From assembly GCA_051532035.1 (NCBI GenBank), contig JAOPTW010000013.1, forward strand, positions 160,001-224,000: a DNA stretch of 64,000 nucleotides, in the 5' to 3' direction. Position numbers and translations under genes: made by a program. This DNA comes from Fibrobacterales bacterium (GTDB lineage Bacteria > Fibrobacterota > Fibrobacteria > Fibrobacterales > JAOPTW01). This document shows, piece after piece, positions 20,754-30,341 of the stretch. Positions within the stretch are counted from its first letter, which is position 1; every line of letters begins with the position of its first letter. The notes under the pieces are model-generated. The model saw only the letters and a list, made by a program, of their open reading frames with translations, did not search any database and had not been told where the DNA came from.

Positions 20754-22070
20754 CTATTCAAAAAACACTCGATGCGCACCACTTTCAAAGGTAAAACGTT
20801 GTAGTTCATTCCATATATACTCCCGTATAACACCATAGGAGTTACCCACTTCTGAATGAATAGATTCAGGTACTACGAAAGCTTCAGGGGTCGGTACACC
20901 ATACATTCCCATATAAGTAATCATGCCTGCTAAAAAATAGAGCGTCGGCGTTCCGTGTGGCGCATTGTCTTCATATAAGTCAAGTACTGGAATATTTTTG
21001 AGCGTTGTTTTGGTAAAGAGCTTCGCTAAGATAGGCCCTACAGGAATCATTTTAACCTGTGGATTCTGTTTCACGGTTTCATTATGATACTCCAGAAACC
21101 AGTCGTGAAATGAAGAGAGCGTATGTGCATAATATTGTTCTAAGGCTTCAGCTGTTGGAACTGCATAATTATCATCCTCAGGATCAAAATTCGGCGCAAA
21201 TCCACCCATGTCAGGCCAGTTCTCGTAAATATAGAGTTCGATACCAGGCTCTTGAGCTGAGACCCAATCAAAAATTATATGAGTGTACCCAAGTGGTGAG
21301 TTAGTGTCATTATAGTTATTTTCTGATGCGGGCTTATACTGCACAAAGTTTGCAGGCGTTAACAGTACTGTAGTAAAGTCTACTTCAGAAAAACTCTTTC
21401 CATCATCATCATCCCATATACCAGGTATGGAAGAGATACCCCACTGCGCTGTTGGAGGCAGATTACTATGTTGGCCAAGAAATCCAAACTGACCGCTAAA
21501 ACCATATTCTCTCGAATCTGCAACAGCAAACTCATACATCCAATACGGTACCATAGTTAATTCATTAGTACTGGTGTTATACCGAGACTGGTGATTGATC
21601 AGACTGTGCCCAAAGATATAATTTCGTATTATAGAACGCGCACCTGTTCTCCCTATGAGAGAACTTGAAGAAACAAATTCTTCTGATGACAGGGTATTGC
21701 TTGATGATACCATAGCATCTGATGAATGAGCGCTGCTTGATGATAGCATTCCACTTGACGAAATAATGCTGTATGATGAGAGCTCAGTCATTGATGAAGG
21801 TGTAACGGTTTCCGAACTCATAATTTTTGTATCTGCTGAGCAATGGACATGAGAAGAATAGTTGTCCTTTTCAATACCTTTATCAGATGATACTACTCCA
21901 TCATTTTCTTCTATTACCTGAGATGAAATACTTGCAGTGCTACTCGAAATATCATTAGTTTCTTCACTGATTCTTTCCGTTTCATTCTTATCGATTGCTG
22001 TAGTCAAACAACCCTGCAACGTTGCCATACCATAGAGCATCCCTATGGTTATCCAAATTCCAAATTTCAT
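20754..22070 (-). CDS. Lipoprotein with Ser-rich linker and possible SGNH-like hydrolase domain
   Basis: Lipobox LQGC and poly-Ser linker. The domain starts YIFGHSL (GxSL-like) and has a late D-x(3)-H (EDNAPHG). Confidence 0.7.
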   Translation of the reverse strand: MKFGIWITIGMLYGMATLQGCLTTAIDKNETERISEETNDISSSTASISSQVIEENDGVVSSDKGIEKDNYSSHVHCSADTKIMSSETVTPSSMTELSSYSIISSSGMLSSSSAHSSDAMVSSSNTLSSEEFVSSSSLIGRTGARSIIRNYIFGHSLINHQSRYNTSTNELTMVPYWMYEFAVADSREYGFSGQFGFLGQHSNLPPTAQWGISSIPGIWDDDDGKSFSEVDFTTVLLTPANFVQYKPASENNYNDTNSPLGYTHIIFDWVSAQEPGIELYIYENWPDMGGFAPNFDPEDDNYAVPTAEALEQYYAHTLSSFHDWFLEYHNETVKQNPQVKMIPVGPILAKLFTKTTLKNIPVLDLYEDNAPHGTPTLYFLAGMITYMGMYGVPTPEAFVVPESIHSEVGNSYGVIREYIWNELQRFTFESGAHRVFFE

Positions 22071-22278
22071 ATGCCTGTTCCCTTTGTGAGTGTGTCTTTA
22101 AAATAGGTATCCAATATGGTTTAATTGCCATGAATACCTTCCTAGAGGGAAGATGAACAGTCTCGCATAACTGTGTTCTGGGATGATGTTCTATTACTGA
22201 GATACTGTATAAAGAGTATCAAGCATCAGATGAGAATGGCTCTAAAATTATATACTAGTAGATTGGACGTATAAATAC

Positions 22279-23184
22279 TTAGTGATTCCATCCATCGAGG
22301 CCATGTTTAATATTTAATATATTTTCAACCGTTTCTAAAAAGCCATATGCACCTTCATGGCCAAGAGCCCCTGCCCTATCAAACAATGTTAGTGCTTCGT
22401 AATAATAGTCTTCATCATTCATTATAGTGGCCATTTTAAGAGCAGCTTTTCCTTTAATCATATATGCCAATGCATAACTATCGGTGACCTCAATGCACTT
22501 GGCCGCATCCTCATAGGCTCCCCAATAATCAGAGACCTTCAATTTTGCTTTCGCCCGATATACATACGCCATATCAGACTCTTCTTCTTCGTCAATATAT
22601 TGATTAAGTAATTCAATGCCTATAATATTTGATTCAATATCTACATACGATATGGCACGATATAAGCGATTACGCCCCGTTTGACAAAGATCAAAGCCTG
22701 TATTAAAACAATCAGAAAGTATATCCTTTGGATTATTTATAGTAAAGTTGATTTGAATCCTCATATCTAAAGCCTCTTCTTTTAGGCTGGTGTTAGAGGT
22801 CTTATACAGTAAGTAGTTTATTTCAGTTAACGCTTTTCTGTATTCATTCTTAAAAAAGAGACACTGAGCTTTTGTTAAAAATAATTCATCAAAGACAATA
22901 TCTTGTTCGATAATATTATTTATATGATCAATACATTTATCAAAATTATTTTTGACCATATTCCCTACAGCCAATCCATATTCACAAAGATGAGAGTTTG
23001 GATACGATTCAAGGCACTCTTGAAAACCTTTTATAGCTCCATCTGGGTCTTGTGTTACGTCACTATAATACGTATTGTAATAATTATCGAGTAATGAATT
23101 ATATCCCGATTGAGAGAGTTCCGCTGAGTAAATATTCATGCTCAATAACAGAACAAATATTATTTGTGGTACCTTGCTGTTCAT
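22279..23184 (-). CDS. Secreted tetratricopeptide-repeat protein
   Basis: Signal peptide and TPR-like helical pairs (AYVYRAKAKLKVSDYWGAYEDAAKCIE). Confidence 0.8.
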   Translation of the reverse strand: MNSKVPQIIFVLLLSMNIYSAELSQSGYNSLLDNYYNTYYSDVTQDPDGAIKGFQECLESYPNSHLCEYGLAVGNMVKNNFDKCIDHINNIIEQDIVFDELFLTKAQCLFFKNEYRKALTEINYLLYKTSNTSLKEEALDMRIQINFTINNPKDILSDCFNTGFDLCQTGRNRLYRAISYVDIESNIIGIELLNQYIDEEEESDMAYVYRAKAKLKVSDYWGAYEDAAKCIEVTDSYALAYMIKGKAALKMATIMNDEDYYYEALTLFDRAGALGHEGAYGFLETVENILNIKHGLDGWNH

Positions 23185-23367
23185 GGTTGAACCTCCAGGC
23201 TAAATATTTACACTCTTAGTATACCATGAATCGGGAATAAATTCACTTATATTCAGTATATCGTGAAACGTTTATTTTGGGTTGTTTTAGGCTCAAAATA
23301 GCTGTAAATTACTCTTCAATTTTGATTTAAGGAAGGATTACGCTTTTATCCCCCAGCCCCTTATTAG

Positions 23368-25284
23368 CTACGTTTTGTTTGGGAAAACGTACGGGAGAAT
23401 TATTTTAAAAGTTGTTCTTTCTCCTTCTACCGAATCAACAACCAAATCTCCACCATGATTCTCTCTTATTATAAAATATGAAACACTCAATCCAAGACCA
23501 GTACCAACTCCAACAGCTTTTGTGGTAAAGAATGGTTCAAATATTCTTTTACGTACATTTTCTGGCATTCCTGGGCCATTATCTTCAATACTAATCACCA
23601 AATTGTTATTGGAATCGTTGTTTAAGCGTATAATAAAACGTGGAGCTCGACCTATACGATCTTGTGCGGTGAGCGTATTCAGATGATCGAACATAGCTTC
23701 TGCACCATTACGAAAAATATTGAGGACTACCTGTTGTATCAGAGTGCGTTCGCAAAATATTGGCTTTATTGAGCCACTATACTCTCTGACAATCTCTAAG
23801 GACTTAAAGTCATAATTCTTTTTAATATCAAAATCTGTTGATGCAATTAAAATGATAGAGTCTATCAGTTCAGAGATGTCAACTTCAGTTTTCTCATGAG
23901 TATCCTTACGTGAAAAATCTAGCATATTGGAAATAATTTCTGCCGCTCGCTGCCCTGATGAATCAATATTATCCAATATCCTTACTATTTGTCGTTCCTC
24001 CAGATATTGTTTTAATATTTGGGGATCCAATTGTAATTTATTTGCTATTTCACTGTTTTTACGCATATCAAAATTAGTCAATCTATTTTTCAAGTTCGTT
24101 ATGCCTTGTAAAATTCCCCCGAGCGGATTATTGAGTTCATGAGCCATTCCAGCTGCCAACCCACCGACAGAGAGCATTTTTTCACTTTGAACCAATGTCT
24201 CCTCCATTTTGACTTTTTCTGAAACATCATCAATTCTAATTACTGCTCCAGAGGCACTGCCACCTATTAATGGAAATACCGTAACATCCTCGATTACAGT
24301 CAGCCCCTCTCTCTCTCTCCGTACTCGTAAGGTCTGAATTTCTTTTTGACTAATACCATTCTTAATAAATGTTAAATCAGCATAATACTCCGCGAGTAAT
24401 GTAGTACATTTTTTACCATATGCTGCGGGTGCACTGATACCAAAAAAGAGCTCTGCCTGATTATTCCACAGTGTTATCTCTTCGTGAGAATCAACCCCAA
24501 TAATTATTGATTCCATTGAGTCTATAGTATTAGCTAATATATTTTGAAATTGTTTGAGTTCAATTTCAGCATGGTCTCTTTCCTTAGAACGCACATTTAT
24601 TTGTGTGAGCATTTCTAAAAAGCCATCATACAATATCCCAATTTCTCCAGAGTATTTATGTTCAAGAGTAATAGAGTAATCACCTGTTTGTGATACTTTT
24701 GAGGTAACATCAGCGAGTCTGATGAGTGGTTGAGATATTATACCCTGTTTAGTCTTGGCTATACCATAGGCAATAGCAATTACAACCACACAGACAGCCA
24801 TCATAGTAAAAATATGAGATAATATATCGGAATAAATTTCTGATGTTGAAACTCGGAAATAGAGCTGTCCTTTATATTCACCATTATAGGTAATATCATT
24901 AAATAGATGGAGCCACTCTTTATCAAATTTTTGTAGTTCTTTATTATGGTGTATAAATTTCGGATCAAATGGTATTCCCCTATGATATGCACCAATAATT
25001 CCCCCCATCGTATTGTATACGATCACATCTGATATATTGGGAACCTTCTTAAGTTTATGAATGACATCTATCACCTCATCTGTATACCCAAAATCTAGAG
25101 GAGTAATAAGATATTCACTTATGAGATGTGCTTGTAACTGAGCATTTTTTGCCAGATTATTTTTACTATTATAGTAGCTATCAACAATATCAAATGCACT
25201 TAATACAACTATAGAAATGAGAGTTATAGACAATATAATTTGTATCAATGTACTTTGAATGGTTTGGGCTGATCTAAAAATCAT
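23368..25284 (-). CDS. Sensor histidine kinase (periplasmic CHASE8-like sensor, HAMP, PAS, HisKA, HATPase)
   Basis: Two TM helices, H-box AGMAHELNNPL, N-box LNIFRNGAEA, DNGPG, FEPFFTTK and GTGLGLS. Confidence 0.95.
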   Translation of the reverse strand: MIFRSAQTIQSTLIQIILSITLISIVVLSAFDIVDSYYNSKNNLAKNAQLQAHLISEYLITPLDFGYTDEVIDVIHKLKKVPNISDVIVYNTMGGIIGAYHRGIPFDPKFIHHNKELQKFDKEWLHLFNDITYNGEYKGQLYFRVSTSEIYSDILSHIFTMMAVCVVVIAIAYGIAKTKQGIISQPLIRLADVTSKVSQTGDYSITLEHKYSGEIGILYDGFLEMLTQINVRSKERDHAEIELKQFQNILANTIDSMESIIIGVDSHEEITLWNNQAELFFGISAPAAYGKKCTTLLAEYYADLTFIKNGISQKEIQTLRVRREREGLTVIEDVTVFPLIGGSASGAVIRIDDVSEKVKMEETLVQSEKMLSVGGLAAGMAHELNNPLGGILQGITNLKNRLTNFDMRKNSEIANKLQLDPQILKQYLEERQIVRILDNIDSSGQRAAEIISNMLDFSRKDTHEKTEVDISELIDSIILIASTDFDIKKNYDFKSLEIVREYSGSIKPIFCERTLIQQVVLNIFRNGAEAMFDHLNTLTAQDRIGRAPRFIIRLNNDSNNNLVISIEDNGPGMPENVRKRIFEPFFTTKAVGVGTGLGLSVSYFIIRENHGGDLVVDSVEGERTTFKIILPYVFPNKT

Positions 25285-25805
25285 TTACCCCCCACTGCTT
25301 TAGAATCTATTAACCGCGCGATTTTTTTAAGTCTATAATCAACAGTTATTCCCGCCACGTTCAACGCAGATTCATTCAATTCAAATCGGACTGTTTCATT
25401 CTCTAAATAAAAATTGACATGTATACCTTGTTTAGTAAAACCAGGACTATCCCCCATTAATAAAACAGACTTTTTTTCCCAATTCTGTATGATATCCTGC
25501 AATGTATTAAGATCACTGCAAACAAAAACAATATCACTCTCTTCCATTCCCGAATACGGAATATTTTTAACTCTAACATTCCGTCCCTTCATTTTTTTAT
25601 CATAAGATAAACTATAAAGTAAATCCATCAGGTCACAATCACCATACACAGAAAATAAAATTGAATCATTATCCATTTGGGGCCAAGTAATATATGAAAC
25701 TAACCGCCATATAAACACAGCCTTTACTTCATTGATATTTTGTTGTCCAAAACTAATTGATAGAATCAATACTACAAAAACACATATATTTACAAAACGA
25801 ACCAT
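25281..25805 (-). CDS. yfiR: YfiR-family periplasmic protein
   Basis: Signal peptide; VKAVFIWRLVSYITWP and NFYLENETVRFELN...L..A motifs; 4-bp overlap with the kinase gene. Confidence 0.88.
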   Translation of the reverse strand: MVRFVNICVFVVLILSISFGQQNINEVKAVFIWRLVSYITWPQMDNDSILFSVYGDCDLMDLLYSLSYDKKMKGRNVRVKNIPYSGMEESDIVFVCSDLNTLQDIIQNWEKKSVLLMGDSPGFTKQGIHVNFYLENETVRFELNESALNVAGITVDYRLKKIARLIDSKAVGGK

Positions 25806-25959
25806 TTTTCAATTCTGCGTTACAGTGTTAAGCCACTTAAATCAAGTGTACAACATATATATAGGAGAGTCAATACAGCATTTATGGCAATAATACTCAT
25901 TTAAATCGAGCAATTTGCTTAATTATACCCTATAATATTTAAGTGAATACATAGAATTA

Positions 25960-28092
25960 ATGACGTTCAAAGATGGTTCCATTATGATATATAATCGAGC
26001 ATTAACCAAGCTGCAGCTATCATGCAAAAAAACAATACTAATACTTCTCTATAGCTTCTTCGCGGTGCTTCCAGCAGATGCGAAAAATGCACCGCTCGAT
26101 TCTCTCTTTACAATCCCCTTTGAAGAACTCCTTAATGTGAAGGTATATACCCCAACAAAACAACAGCAACATATCAGTAATGTCCCTGGGGTAATTTCGA
26201 TTATAACTCAAGATGAACTTCAACTTTTTGGGGCACATACCTTATTCGAGGCTCTCAACAGACTCCCCAATGTAATGAGTAATATCGGGCACTCAATTAA
26301 TACTATCTCAATACGAGGAAGTGAATTCAATTTTTTAAAGGGAAATATCTCTTACCTTATCGATGGGCTTCCTATAAGAAATATTGGAGGTAACGGGACG
26401 TACTATAATTTTCTCTATACCTTCCCTATTAATCGCGTAAAACAGATTGAAGTTATACGAGGCCCAGGTTCTGTCCAATATGGTAATAACGCTTTTGACG
26501 GTGTTATTAACATTATTACTCAAGATGCTGTACCTGACCATCACATTCAAACAAATCTTCAAATTGGAGAATACAACACTCGTCATTATGGTATTGATGC
26601 CTGGGAACAGTTTGGCGATTTTGTTTTACATGGTAACTATCTGTTGGCCTCAAGTGATGGCATACCGCTCAAATCAAATGGAAACCATACCCTAACGCTT
26701 GAACCAGAAAACCCATCAGGTACGATAACGAATACACCATTTGAACTACAGGCTCCTGAAAATAAGGATTATTATTTTGCGGAATTGCGTTATAAATCAG
26801 TTACACTTTTTTACCAAAATGCTTATTCAAATAAATTTATTTCTCATCTCTTTAACCCATCATTCCAGCAGGTCTTTACTGAACCAAATGAATTATATAC
26901 TCAGCTCAATTATTCAAGCCTTTCTAAAATGGTCGGTGTTACGATAAAGCACCAGTTGAATAAAAACCTTTCGATTGATGGCTCTTTCTTTAGACATACA
27001 GAAACCTTTAAATGGATTCTGGGTTCCATGAATCTGATCCATATAGAAGGAACAGAATACAACAGTGATGCCAGGATACACTACACCATAAACAAAGATA
27101 TCTCATTTCAATCAGGGGTACATTATCGAAGACTTAAATCAGACAAGAACACTTTGACGGTCCCTTATGATTTTCAATATCTCTCATTTATGACAGAACT
27201 TAATGTGGTATTTGATAAACTGGCATTCTATATGGGATTTCAATACAATAAACCCTTTAAATATACTGGAGCCCTGGTACCCCGATTTGCGTCACTCTAC
27301 AATGTAACAAACAAATTTACCATCAAATACTCTTTGGCCCAGGCATTTCGGACTCCCAACCCCCCAGAGTATTTATATGATAATTTCATCACCAGTCCTA
27401 CTGATTCTTCTATTATATATTTGGACAAAGGGAACCCCGACCTGAAGCCAGAAATCATCACCACTCATGACTTTCAGCTGCTGTATTCAACCTCAAAAAT
27501 TGTAACATCACTGACAGGGTACTATGCGATTGCAGAAAACCTCATCAGCTCACACCCTAAGGATGTTGCCCTTGGAGATACGGTTGTTACCTATTCAGAT
27601 TTTAAAGACAATCTTGATGAACGTGTTTCGTATGGTGTTGAGTATGAAGGCAAATTTACATTGTATAACAATTGGTTTAGTACCAACTCCATAACCTGGA
27701 ACCAGAATATTTTCAATGATTCAATAACAAATTATACTCTCAGCCCTAATTACCAAATAAAGTGCGGAATCTCTTACAAAGTCCCCCTGTTTTCATTATC
27801 TTCTTTTGTCATTTATTCTGATAGTTATGAGACGATTCCAGTAAACCGAACGCCCAATGATGTCCTTAAAATCAACCCATCACCCAACTCATTTATTGAT
27901 GTATCCGCCCACATACAAATAAATATACACACTATATTTTCTTTCCCTTATCCTGAGATGCAAATGCAAGTATACGGAAGGAACCTTCTTGATTATAAAC
28001 ACTGGCAACCAGACTTACATAGTTACCATTACAATAGCTTGCCCGGTATGGAAGGGAGAAATTTCCTTGTTCAACTTATTACGGTGTTTTAA
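25960..28092 (+). CDS. TonB-dependent outer-membrane receptor
   Basis: Plug motifs (EELLNVKV, LIDG, IEVIRGPGSVQYG..A..GVINIIT), FRTP, GNPDLKPE and a C-terminal Phe. Confidence 0.92.
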   Translation: MTFKDGSIMIYNRALTKLQLSCKKTILILLYSFFAVLPADAKNAPLDSLFTIPFEELLNVKVYTPTKQQQHISNVPGVISIITQDELQLFGAHTLFEALNRLPNVMSNIGHSINTISIRGSEFNFLKGNISYLIDGLPIRNIGGNGTYYNFLYTFPINRVKQIEVIRGPGSVQYGNNAFDGVINIITQDAVPDHHIQTNLQIGEYNTRHYGIDAWEQFGDFVLHGNYLLASSDGIPLKSNGNHTLTLEPENPSGTITNTPFELQAPENKDYYFAELRYKSVTLFYQNAYSNKFISHLFNPSFQQVFTEPNELYTQLNYSSLSKMVGVTIKHQLNKNLSIDGSFFRHTETFKWILGSMNLIHIEGTEYNSDARIHYTINKDISFQSGVHYRRLKSDKNTLTVPYDFQYLSFMTELNVVFDKLAFYMGFQYNKPFKYTGALVPRFASLYNVTNKFTIKYSLAQAFRTPNPPEYLYDNFITSPTDSSIIYLDKGNPDLKPEIITTHDFQLLYSTSKIVTSLTGYYAIAENLISSHPKDVALGDTVVTYSDFKDNLDERVSYGVEYEGKFTLYNNWFSTNSITWNQNIFNDSITNYTLSPNYQIKCGISYKVPLFSLSSFVIYSDSYETIPVNRTPNDVLKINPSPNSFIDVSAHIQINIHTIFSFPYPEMQMQVYGRNLLDYKHWQPDLHSYHYNSLPGMEGRNFLVQLITVF

Positions 28093-28280
28093 TAGCGATA
28101 CCATAGTCCATCAAATGTGTGTGTGTGAGTTCGAAACACATTTTACAACATCGTATTCATTAACGTGTACAAAAAAGAATTGCCTCATAAAAGGCAGCTA
28201 AAATAACCCAACATCTTTTTTGAAGTAAGTATCATTTGTATATCAACTCAATCCACCACTATTATACCATTAGGAAATGT

Positions 28281-30257
28281 ATGTCAAAATTTAAGATTGG
28301 TAATGTATCACTCCTTCTCCTTTCAATTGTTCTATTGATAGCATGTGATGTGAGTGATCCTAACCTTAAAAATCAAATATCAGAGCAGAGCACCTATGAT
28401 ATGGAGGTACCCCCTGCCTTTAATTTTAACCAACAAAGTACTCCAAAAGATTTTCGGGTTTTGGTGACTTCAGCTGATGGCCAGCCTCTCTCAGACAAGC
28501 AAGTAGAAGTATGGGACAAAGATACCGTTCTTATAAAACGAGGGTACACCAATGCCAACGGACATTTTTTCTATAACGGCACAAACTCAGATGAATATCT
28601 TTTTGTTGCAGTGCAAGAACCCGATTTTGATAAGGTTCTCTATCCTGTGCGATTAGAAAGCGAAGAGGAACTCACTATAGCCTCACACAACCCTATAACG
28701 CCTACTCTATTAAAACACTCAACAATTACCAGTACCGCTCAGCAAACCTCTTCTGAGTATAATGGTCATGTCGGCCGTGTTGCGTTTGAAGATCTCTATC
28801 CAACTTTGGGTGATTTTGACTTCAATGATGTCGTTATGGATTATACGATTATAGAGCACACCACTATTACTGATAATGGGAGCAGCCTTGATACGGCCCT
28901 CTCTCAAATAGAATTCAAAATCATCCCGGTTGCTCATGGTGCATATTATGACCATGGGTTTGCTATTTCACTGGGGCACACAAGAGCACCAACGTCAATT
29001 ACCATAAATGGTATTCCTCAAGATGTCGCTGCTATAACAATTTATGGCGAATGCATACTCACATTTACCAATAATATTTTTTCTGAATACCAACTCCCTG
29101 CCAATAAACGATATGTAAATGTAGGGGCAGGCTCTACACAAGGGCAACACACAGTAGTGCCCTATGAGGCGCTCCCTGTCTTTACTGCACTTGTAACCTT
29201 TGCGCCAGGAACACAACCCTTGAAGCATACTGCCCCCTATAAACCTTTTTTAAAATGGGGAGGCAGCTTGACCAAACAAGTGCACCTTCCTGGTCAAATA
29301 CCAATACATGGGTTTGACAACCAATACCTTTCTATGGAAGAAGAAGGAACTGATTATGTTCCTCATGATACCCTCAGTAATTTTAGAACTCTCAACAATC
29401 TTCCTTGGGCTATAATAGTCAACAATGACTGGTACCCTCCACAAGAGAATGTACACATCGTTGCAACAACACCTGATTTTGCGTGTTATGTTGAATCAGG
29501 CGGTACAAACTGTAATAACTGGTATGCACGCCCCGATGATGCAACCGCAGATGAACGAGCAGTATTGTTGCAAGAGGCGATATTTGAAGAACCAGCAGTA
29601 CCTCTAGAGCTCCCCTCTTCTTCTAGTGAAATTTCGAGTTCTTCAATGGCATTAAGTAGTGTGGCCACACTGCCTTCGCGCAGTTCAACAGAACCAATAG
29701 AAAGTAGCAGTAGTAGTGTCATCATTATCGACTACCCTACTACCCTCATAGGTGACGATGCATGGACTATTAAAAATGTAGACTACCCTGTAGAAGGTTC
29801 GACCTGTGTCCCCGGTGATGAATCACTGTGCACTACCTATGGCAGATACTATACCTGGGATCAGGCTCAAACTGCTTGCTCTGAAGGCTGGCGACTTCCG
29901 AGTCCCCAGGATTGGAATAATATAGCCGAAGCAATTGGAAGATATTTTAACTCAAATAACTATGTTAGCCAAGCCGCTCGATACCTAAGAGGAGTGTCAA
30001 ATCCTACGGGTTTTGGCGCCTGGAAGCGTGATTACTCTGTCAGTAACGATGAATTTAAGTTTAATGCAAGGGCTCTTGGCTATTTACCTGTTCCTGGAGC
30101 AATCCAAAACCTAGGCAATAAGGCCCTTTGGTGGACATCTGATGAATCAGGTGAATATGGAACTTTTGTATTTATTGATAAAAGTATTACATGGATTCAA
30201 ACCTACCCAAGCGGAAACAAAAATATGCAAATACCGGTGCGGTGTATTAAAGAGTAA
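28281..30257 (+). CDS. Lipoprotein with LruC/DUF4842-like domain, Ser-rich linker and C-terminal FISUMP domain
   Basis: Probable ATG at 28281 after AGGAAA; lipobox LIAC. AFEDLYPTLGDFDFNDVV and NLPWAI (LruC-like); YGRYYTW..A..AC..GWRLP and PVRCIKE (FISUMP). Confidence 0.85.
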   Translation: MSKFKIGNVSLLLLSIVLLIACDVSDPNLKNQISEQSTYDMEVPPAFNFNQQSTPKDFRVLVTSADGQPLSDKQVEVWDKDTVLIKRGYTNANGHFFYNGTNSDEYLFVAVQEPDFDKVLYPVRLESEEELTIASHNPITPTLLKHSTITSTAQQTSSEYNGHVGRVAFEDLYPTLGDFDFNDVVMDYTIIEHTTITDNGSSLDTALSQIEFKIIPVAHGAYYDHGFAISLGHTRAPTSITINGIPQDVAAITIYGECILTFTNNIFSEYQLPANKRYVNVGAGSTQGQHTVVPYEALPVFTALVTFAPGTQPLKHTAPYKPFLKWGGSLTKQVHLPGQIPIHGFDNQYLSMEEEGTDYVPHDTLSNFRTLNNLPWAIIVNNDWYPPQENVHIVATTPDFACYVESGGTNCNNWYARPDDATADERAVLLQEAIFEEPAVPLELPSSSSEISSSSMALSSVATLPSRSSTEPIESSSSSVIIIDYPTTLIGDDAWTIKNVDYPVEGSTCVPGDESLCTTYGRYYTWDQAQTACSEGWRLPSPQDWNNIAEAIGRYFNSNNYVSQAARYLRGVSNPTGFGAWKRDYSVSNDEFKFNARALGYLPVPGAIQNLGNKALWWTSDESGEYGTFVFIDKSITWIQTYPSGNKNMQIPVRCIKE

Positions 30258-30293
30258 TGAGTTTCAGGACGTGATACTTATTTTCACAGATAG

Positions 30294-30327
30294 AGGGGCT
30301 TTTTCATTTTCGAAAAAGTCCCTTTTT
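30294..30327. terminator. Hairpin terminator between convergent genes
   Basis: AGGGGCTTTTTC-ATTTTC-GAAAAAGTCCCT followed by TTTT. Confidence 0.65.
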
Positions 30328-30341
30328 AGCACTCATTTTAG

